A DNA stretch of 64,000 nt from Tubiluchus corallicola (lineage: Eukaryota; Animalia; Priapulida): the NCBI GenBank assembly GCA_030141605.1, contig JAQGDQ010000946.1:14362-78361 (forward strand), written 5' to 3'. Below, piece after piece: positions 56,100 to 64,000 of the stretch (within the stretch, counting starts at the first letter, position 1; the number at the start of each line of letters is the position of its first letter). The position numbers and the translations under genes are program-made. The notes beneath the pieces were generated by a model. That model saw only the letters and a list, made by a program, of their open reading frames with translations. It was not told the origin of the DNA and made no database searches.

Positions 56100-59000
56100 C
56101 TTTATTTAAAGTCGGCTTTTGGGTCAACAAATAACATTAGCTCACAGAGCTATTATCGCCGACTGTAAATAACAACCTACAACTACATAACAGAGACTAT
56201 CATTACCCCACTTTTACCCTAAATATCACGCGTCAGGCAGGGCAACAGCAGGTATCATTTTTAAAGTCTTTGATATGACCCGGCCGCTGGTTCGAACTCA
56301 CGACCTCCCAGATGGAAAGCAGACACATTACCACTAGACTAAATCTGTCTGGTTCAATTATATCATATCATATCATAAACTTATCATATCATATTGTATC
56401 GTATGATGCCGATTACTTAAACAGTGTAGTATTTTCAACCAAATCATAGTATTAACAGCCAAATAGTGTCGGCGCCTAACCATAATTATTAGAACTACAT
56501 TCACACCATACAAAAAAGAAACTACACCATAATCAATAATTATACGATGATTTAGAAATGCGAAACAAAAAACTGAAAAACAAAGCGTGAAAAAATAAGC
56601 ACTGAAAAAAATTAAAACAACACAGCTGACCCGTGAGAAATAAACAAACTTTGATTTCAACTGATTGTAAGTATTCTACGATTCAGTTTTAAAGCATTCA
56701 CAAAGCCTTAAAAAAAATTTTGGAAAAAAATTTTCCTTCCTCCCTACTGACATCTTTAGAGGTTTGACAGAAACTTTTTTTAGTGGCCCGCTTTAGAAAG
56801 GCGTGTCACCTATATTTCTTCAATGAAACGCCTATCCTCTGAAATATCCATGCAAAAAGCAAACACCAGCCAACTTTGTAATTTTTCTAAACGTGGTCAA
56901 ATGTTAATACATACATGACAACCTAGAACTGTACCACTCGAATCAACAGCCAGTGTCAGCGCTCTGTCTTTTCCACGCCGTACTATTACTCCAGCAAATT
57001 TACATTTTAATCGACTCTGTAAGAAACGTAATAGCATTATTTTAACTTCACACTGAATTAGTTAACAAAATTGTTTACAAATGCGTCTGATTGTTACGAA
57101 ACTAATTAACTTGATATTCCACACGCTGTAGAACATCAAATGATAACAGTACACTCATCTCTCGGTTTGCCGGACAAAAGCAGGGAGATGTCGGCCCAAA
57201 TTTGCCGATTGTCCATATTTACCAATACTAAGATAGATAGAGTAGGCGCCGTGTATTAGACTCACGGTAATGTAGAATCAATCACCTAATTGGCTCAAAA
57301 TCGTCTAGTATGGGTCGCTGCTATGCAAAAGTATGTAAAAACTGTCGGCAAGTGACTCAAATAACTCCGCATAATTGACTCTATATTTTTTCTGCACATG
57401 CTTAAATAAGATACTTTTGAGTGACCAATGAGCTTTCACTGTTATTATGATGTCTTAGTTCGCTTTGGTGCACTGTAATATACGTATAAACAATCACGTT
57501 AAGTACAGTCATTACACGCTGCTTGGTTACACTGACGTAATGATGTAAACAAAGTGACAGCACGCCAATTAGCGGTCAGCTCGCGAAACAACAGACGGTG
57601 CCCGTAGTAGCGTGACTTCTTAACGGTCCAGATTTTGTACGATTTTTCCGATATGCGTAAAAGTGAGGTCTGGTAAACCGAGATACAGCAGGCGCTGCTT
57701 AATAGAATCACTTTGGGACTGACGTGTTTTGACCCAATTAACCAACTGAACCTATTAACCGATGGGTGTAGTATTACTGGTGTAGAAGTATGAGGCATCA
57801 GCTTAGTATGAGCTGCAAAGGTTTTAATGAATTTTAGAAACGAAGTAATGCCTAAATTCCTCTGTGCAGTTAAATTTTTTTTTTAAATATTTTAAAATAT
57901 TAATTTATATAAGTGAATTAGCTATAAATTAAAAAGTATACTTTTCTGAATCACACTAGTCCGTTTATTTGCACAAGATACTGTACCTGTGTCTTTGACT
58001 GTTAACAGATTAAGCCTGAAAGTGTGATTTGCAACGAGAGCATCAAAAGGAAACCGCAAGTGATTAAGTGTTTAGCTTCCAGAAATTCTTGGGTAACGTA
58101 GTGAATGAGAAGGTAACAGATTCAAAGCAAAACCGCTACGCAAGCCTATTAGCGCATGATAAACGTACCTGCGTACAAACAAAATGGCGCCTAACATGAA
58201 TGTTTCCACTGTACACACATTATAGAGCACAAAAGCGAAGTAAAGATGAATAAAAGTAGTAAATGCTCTCTGGGCACATACAATGTATTGAGTCAATTAT
58301 GTGGAGTTATTTGAGTCAATTACTGACAGTTTTTATATATGACATAAAAGTAGGAAAGGCTCTCTGGGCAGATAAAATGTATTGAGTCAATTATGTGGAG
58401 TTATTTGAGTCAATTACCAACAGTTTTTATATATGACATAAAAGTAGGAAAGGCTCTCTGGGCAGATAAAATGTATTGAGTCAATTATGTGGAGTTATTT
58501 TAGTCAATTACTGACAATTTTTATGTATGTGTAGAAGCAGCCAGTACCAGGCATTTTTGAATCAATTAAGCGAATAAGTCGATTCTATTAAGGAGGCACC
58601 TACTGTATGAGTGTAATTCCTCTTCAAGGTGACTAAAACATGCTGCAAATAATTATCAGCACAGAATTTTTTGGTAATTCTGTCCATCATCAGATAGTAC
58701 TGAAACAATTAATCATAAAAGCAAACACTCAAAAACTATAGTGGCTAGCCTATGGCGCCACCTTAGATACATTTACGGCAAATACTCGAAAAAATAGACT
58801 TTAAAATAAACTTTAACGTACACTCACCAATGAAGGACTTAGTAGAGATTAAGAATTAACACAAACTGAAAAACGTACATCATCCTCTTCATCACCATCG
58901 TCGTCGTCGCCGCTCTCGCCTTTGTCGCTTGTGATTCTAGACTTCTTCTGTTCTGGTTCGACTTCTTCACTCTCTTGTGATTCCGCTGTAGCAAAATGTA

Positions 59001-62000
59001 AATTCCAAACTCTCAGTTCGTTGTCCCCGGCGCCGGTAATTAAACCAGTTTCATCTTTTACCAACACCAGATTCCAAACCTAACCAGCGGTAAAAAAAAT
59101 CAAAATGAACATCTAATACGTTGTATGTTAATATACAGAAACAAATAAATCAAGGGTACAGACTTTAACCCTTTCACTGTGGAAGACAGCACAAGGCCGT
59201 CTATGTTTTTTCATGCAAGGGACGGAAGGCGGTAGTCTGCCACCCAAGCTCAGCACTAAACGCAGTCACCCAGGCCTGTTTATTTCACTGTTATGGCCAT
59301 GCGAAACATTGTGGAAAAGTTTAACAGCCATAGGATTGGGGTTGCTTTGCAACAAGTAACGCTAAGCAGCCAACCAGCATCTGAAGCCAGGTGCATTCCA
59401 AAATACTGTACTGTATGGTACGTTCCCATGCAAAATCACTTGTAGATCGTTGATGAAATGTATGTTTAGTTGATTGTTCTGCATTGAACTCACGACCGCC
59501 CAGACGAAAAGCATTTTGCAACAAATGTGTTGCAAGATATACAACAGCTAAAAAATCAATAAGGATAATATAACTATCGACAAAAAATCACAAATTACCT
59601 CGTTCCTGTGACCCGTAAGTGTTTTAAAACAGTGCTGGGTTGTAAGATCCCAAAATTTGATAAGACCATCTTTGGAGCTGAAACAGTCAAGCAACAATAA
59701 AAAAACCTTTCGACAGGCAAACAATGGCCTAGCTGCTTCATAAGATGATTCTGTTGAAAATTGTTTACAAAAAAACTTAGAGTAAGTAACAGGTGCCTCT
59801 TCGATTATATTTTACTTAGATCAGCTGCAATGGTTCTAAGAATCATCCAATCACGTACTTTTCCACAGTCACACAGCCAAATAACTTGAAGCTCCTCAAG
59901 TACTTAATTCTAGAACTGTATATATACACACATATCAGGGTTTGCCGGACAAAAGCGGGGAGACGTCGGTCCGAATTTGCCAATACTAAGCTAATATAGT
60001 AAGCGCAGCGTATTAAACGCGTGGTAATGTAGAATCAATCACCTAACTGTCTCAAAAACATTAAGTACGGCCCGCTCCTATGCAAAAGTATATGAAAACT
60101 GTTAGCAATTGAGGGGACAAATAACTCTGCATAATTGACTCTATATTTTTACACATAGATATACACGTGGTTACACTGATGTCACAATGTAAACAAAGTG
60201 ACGTCCCAACAACTAGCTGTCAGTCTCGAAACAACGGACCATGTCCGTAATAAGCGGGACTTTTTAACGGTGTAGATTTTCTCTGATTCTTCCGATATCG
60301 GAAAAAGCGAAGTCCCGCAAAGCGAGATACGATCGTATATTGCATATAAATGTATACACTGAAAATACCTGAGCTGTTATTATCACGAGGAAATAATTTT
60401 TTCTACTTTATCTCACTCACTTACATAATATAAGTTGTAAATGTTACCTAGTTATAAGAACGTTGTGCTGTGTAAAGAAACAGCATCCAGTAATCTGTCC
60501 CTTGTGGCCGCGCAGTCGAAATAAACCAGATTCGTTGACGGTATCCCACAACATTACTTCTGTGTCCTGAAAAGTATTATACAAACATCAACTTGCTTTC
60601 AAACAATAATAATCTTTGTACTTCAGCTACTGTGATACAGAAAGTCTGCACTTTACGACTCCCAATTTAGCGACGTTTCGTTTCAACGACGCTGAACTTT
60701 TCACACCATTTTCTACTTAACGGCGTATGTTTCAATTTAATGACGATTTATTTACTTAGCTCAAGGCAATTTTTTATTTTATCAACAACATTTTTATCTA
60801 AGTTGATGCATTAAAACAGTAGGTACACTAACGTAAACAGTGTAATTATTATATACATTTTGTTTCCTGACTGACTACTAAGTGCTAAAAGTTTATATCA
60901 AGTGAGACCAGTGAGCAAACTTCATGGATGCAACCTGTTGCTATAGCAACCAGACTAAGTATCTAGATGAAATTCTCAAGGTTGCTCAGTGCTTGGTTTT
61001 GACTCTGGAGTGTTTATTGTTTTGGCTGCCTAGGCTTAAACATTAACCGAAGATAAACTGCTGCCCAGGTAAGTAAGGTATATAGGTGGTTTTCAAGCAA
61101 GCAGAAAGAAATTAATCAGTAGATTTAATTCAATTCAATTCATTTATTAACTCTTGACAGTGCCATTGTATGACGCCATATAGTAAATCAGGGGAAGAAA
61201 AGGAAATGTTAAACCATGTCTCAAAAAACTTTCCATGTAAAGTTATATTAGTTAGCATTTCACTTACCTGCTCCTGCTTGAAAGATTATGTAACCAGAAA
61301 AGAAAATTATCATTTATTTAAAATGTTTTCACCAATTGGTAAAATGTAGCTGACTCACCATCCAGGGTGCACCACTCGCTACCCAAAAAACTGTTTTTAA
61401 TCTTATTAACAAGATACAGTAATTTAAAATTTTACTTAGTTAGTGAAATGTGTCCTATGAATGCTCTGATTATTTTTTCAAACTTTACTCAGTGTTATCT
61501 AAACTTGTTTCAAATGACATATCGTCAAAATGGCTGCGTCTAACGGTCATCGCGGGAGTTTAAATTTACAAGTTTTATACAGCGTTACTGCCGATGCAAG
61601 CCCTGTATGCAAAAAGGCAGCACATAAATGATTTAAAATTTCAAGACGAATTTTTTATGCTTCATGTAATTGGAGGGTTTTCTTGTGCTCTTGTACTTTA
61701 ACTAACTACAATGCCGAATTAATAAATAATTACAGAGAGAAAGATACATCACAGCACCAACATGAAACTAGGCACATTTTTAAGCCTTACTACAAAACAC
61801 ACAATGCCTTCTTCAGGTACCTTTGATCCTGAAACGAGTCTCATTCCATTGTGATCGTAAACGAGAGCTGACACAGCAGATTTATGTCCACTGAATGCCA
61901 GACTCTTCTCACCAGTCAAGGCATTAAACACTGCAATGGATCCATCGCTGTAACCGACTGCAATGTGGCGTTTGTCAGGTGAGGCGGCGACGATTGTCGC

Positions 62001-62030
62001 TTCTTGTTTCTCGCCACGTAGTTGAGTCAC
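30016..62030 (-). CDS. WDR3: WD repeat-containing protein 3 (UTP12/DIP2), 21 exons, right copy; first coding exon beyond the window end
   Basis: Exons: 62030-61821, 60566-60448, 59677-59599, 59079-58879, 57016-56915, 55243-55146, 52675-52525, 51580-51393, 50564-50471, 49487-49386, 47731-47646, 47531-47390, 46138-45981, 44226-44115, 42252-42067, 39891-39823, 37188-37096, 36215-36118, 34282-34154, 33486-33393, 30168-30016. Total 2664 nt, one open frame of 887 aa. Motifs [38 protein letters not shown]. No MGLTKQYLRY-type first exon is visible in the window. Confidence 0.94.
32086..32408 (-). mobile_element. RTE-clade LINE 3' end (mirror copy)
   Basis: Mirror of 17263-17585 with the same TSD. 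Confidence 0.88.
44839..44957 (+). rRNA. Diverged 5S rRNA copy (mirror of 4680-4798)
   Basis: Same sequence in the right arm. Confidence 0.82.
50635..51050. mobile_element. Dispersed repeat, inverted homologue at about 61260-61690
   Basis: Shared aaatttaaactcccg, gagtggtgcaccctgga and ttttaccaattggtgaaaacattttaaata. Confidence 0.65.
54484..55023. mobile_element. Full-length TTAA-AGG (Kolobok-like) MITE
   Basis: aggaaactcggatgattgt ... acaatcgtccggttttcct|ttaa; colinear with 16420-16963. Confidence 0.78.
55340..55645 (-). mobile_element. SINE-like element with (CCAA/CAA)n 3' tail
   Basis: Longer copy of 23850-24050; simple-repeat tail at 55340-55359. Confidence 0.65.
56049..56099. repeat. 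(AAT)n microsatellite
   Basis: Read directly. Confidence 0.9.
56205..56350 (-). mobile_element. tRNA-derived SINE
   Basis: Minus strand has an A box (tagtctagtgg) and a B box (gagttcgaacc), then gggtcatatcaaagactttaaaaatgatacctgctg, which resembles a conserved invertebrate SINE central domain (Meta-like, from memory). Confidence 0.7.
57152..58613. mobile_element. MITE containing a nested Tigger-like element (57686-58605) that has an internal 94-bp tandem (about 58266-58525)
   Basis: The outer TIR cactcatctctcgg / ccgagata..tgagtg is split at TA by an element with TIRs cagcaggcgctgcttaatagaatc / gattctattaaggaggcacctactg. Confidence 0.7.
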
Positions 62031-62191
62031 CTAAGAAGTGACACAATTTTTATGCTGACATTTTTATGTTGAAAACAATTATTGCTATTCTTCAACATTA
62101 TTCACAACCTGAAATATTATTCAAGATTCGGATAGTTGAATTCAAGCATAACATAGTGCAAACCCGGGACTGAACCAGGGACCTTGTAGAA

Positions 62192-62663
62192 CAGGGGTGT
62201 GCAAATTGCGGCCCGCGGGCCACTTACGGCCCGCCAAGAGAATTGTCAACCTAATGAAAGTGCGGCCCGGGCGATTAATTGAGTGTATCCAGCTGAAGTC
62301 CGTGCCACGATTCCAAAGACAGTGCGGGTAGTTTTTTCTACTAGATCGGATGCCTTTAACCCTTACAAGACGGTTGTAGCTTAATGTCACTGTACTACAA
62401 GACTGTGTGATACACATTACTAATATGCATTGTAATGAAATACCACTATTGTCCTGAAAGTAGAAATATGGTTTGTAATATAAATTTTAATAACTTCTAA
62501 AATAGTTTCTTGAGTGTAGTAATAATGATATACGCATATCGGATGCAAAAAATCGTTATTAGGCCCTTCTGTACTTGGCTCCTTGATCAAATTGCCTGTG
62601 GCCTGCAGGAATTGCGGGAAAGTTTAAAGTGGCCCGGCTAGTCAGATAATTTGCACACCCCTG
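62192..62663. mobile_element. hAT-Charlie-like MITE
   Basis: TIRs caggggtgtgcaaatt / aatttgcacacccctg, subterminal ggcccg motifs, and an 8-bp TSD ttgtagaa / ttttagaa. Confidence 0.85.
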
Positions 62664-64000
62664 TTTTAGAAACTTTGTAGCGTTATGCATAAAAGGACTG
62701 AATTTGTAGAGAGCTTGAAGTGTATTAGACTGAAGTTAGTGTAGACTGGCCACTCTGGTGGTCGAAACGAAACTATGAAATTGTGTTGAACTGTGGAAGA
62801 CTTTATTTCTATTTACATATTACAACATTATTTACAGGAGAGAAAACACATGGTGAACATTCAACAGTAATGCTCAAGAAGGGGAAAAAGGGAAGGTCTG
62901 GCCTTGGCAGAGCTACCCAAGTCACATGCACCCACTGAGCTTACCTGATTGGCTAGTAAAACACACTAACAATCAACGCTACCATATATGGTAAGCGCAA
63001 CAGGTACAGGTGACCGAGCAGCACTGACCAAGGCCACAACCTGGATTAAACTTGACTCACTTCGATAATAAATAATTTTAAATGTAGGTGGCAGCACACA
63101 TTAAATTCTTATTGTAGTACTTTAAATTAAGAATTGCAAATGAAATGTGCAACAAGTGAGCATATTAGTTAAAGACTAGTTTCCCATAGACAGCTTTAGT
63201 TTCTACTTGGAAAACTGAAAGGTACAAAAATATGCGGGTGTCTAAACTCTATACTATTTAGCGGAATTGGAACACTTGTACTTTTTCTGTCTATAGCATT
63301 TAGTATCTCATAAAAAAAAAAATCACTATTTGTGACCAAGAATCGTTACTGAAAATGTAAAACCTTATTGTTTGAATGCAATGAAACACGTATGGTCTTG
63401 TATACCACTTTTCGAAGCTATGACAGACTTAATTCACAACATAACAGAAATAAATTAGATTTCAAACAGTGCAAATTAAAAACAGTACCGCAAAAGCAAC
63501 CGGAAAGGCAAAACATGTTGCATAAAAATAGCAAAAGTCATCTTTTCTTTTCAAAATGTACCGTATTCATTCGAGTATAATGCGCGCCCCTAATTTTCGA
63601 TTCAAAATCGGCTCTGACCAATAATTCTAAGTGACAAACGTTGCGGCCATGATAAAAATCGTTTATTGACAATGTAAAGTAAACTATGAACATCACAGCG
63701 GATAACAAGAATTCTTGGAAATGACACCGTATGACAAAGTCTGCTGATGATGCAAATATTATTGATTATTTCCTTAGCTACGCCTCGCCTCTGCAGCGAG
63801 TGTTGCGCATGAGCCATTGAGAATTATTTATCTTAGATCCACAGCGTCCACGCAAGGATACTGTTACTAAAAATAGACCATAGGCGTTTTGTGGGTCGAG
63901 AGATGTGGCCGCATTCAATGCTTTGCGATTGTGGTCAGCGATTCTTCGACTAATGAGTCATTGCACAAATAATATATTGATACATCTAAGCGTGTCACCC

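Noticed and set aside
56280-56350. Possible tRNA gene
   Set aside because: A and B boxes are present but there is no good acceptor stem, and it continues into a SINE body.
62158-62190. tRNA 3'-half-like sequence (ggtccctggttcagtcccgggtt on the minus strand)
   Set aside because: Only a fragment next to a hAT MITE; no matching 5' half is recognisable.
63368-64000. First coding exon of WDR3
   Set aside because: No matching N-terminal peptide; the region instead begins a Tc1/mariner-like terminus (taccgtatt..cgagtataa, about 63559).

Overview
AT-rich, intron-rich animal genomic DNA; the 5S-like sequence and repeats suggest an invertebrate, but the species cannot be determined. The window is dominated by a giant near-perfect inverted duplication. 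The left arm (1..23568, open at the window edge) mirrors the right arm (26104..49640) around a 2535-bp unique spacer (23569..26103). Each arm carries the 12 3' exons of WDR3/UTP12 and, convergent with it, the catalytic exon of a CHST11-like carbohydrate sulfotransferase. The right WDR3 copy continues with 9 more exons to 62030; only the first coding exon lies outside the window. Only the left sulfotransferase keeps its first, transmembrane-encoding exon, which sits in the spacer. The right arm begins abruptly inside a degenerate 16-bp repeat array, as expected for a fold-back. Differences between the arms cluster in short islands. Introns hold many MITEs, an RTE LINE 3' end, SINE-like elements, a degenerate 5S rRNA and several minisatellites, including a 12x29-bp array built from the WDR3 stop codon. 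A real palindrome cannot be distinguished from an assembly or haplotype artefact without reads.
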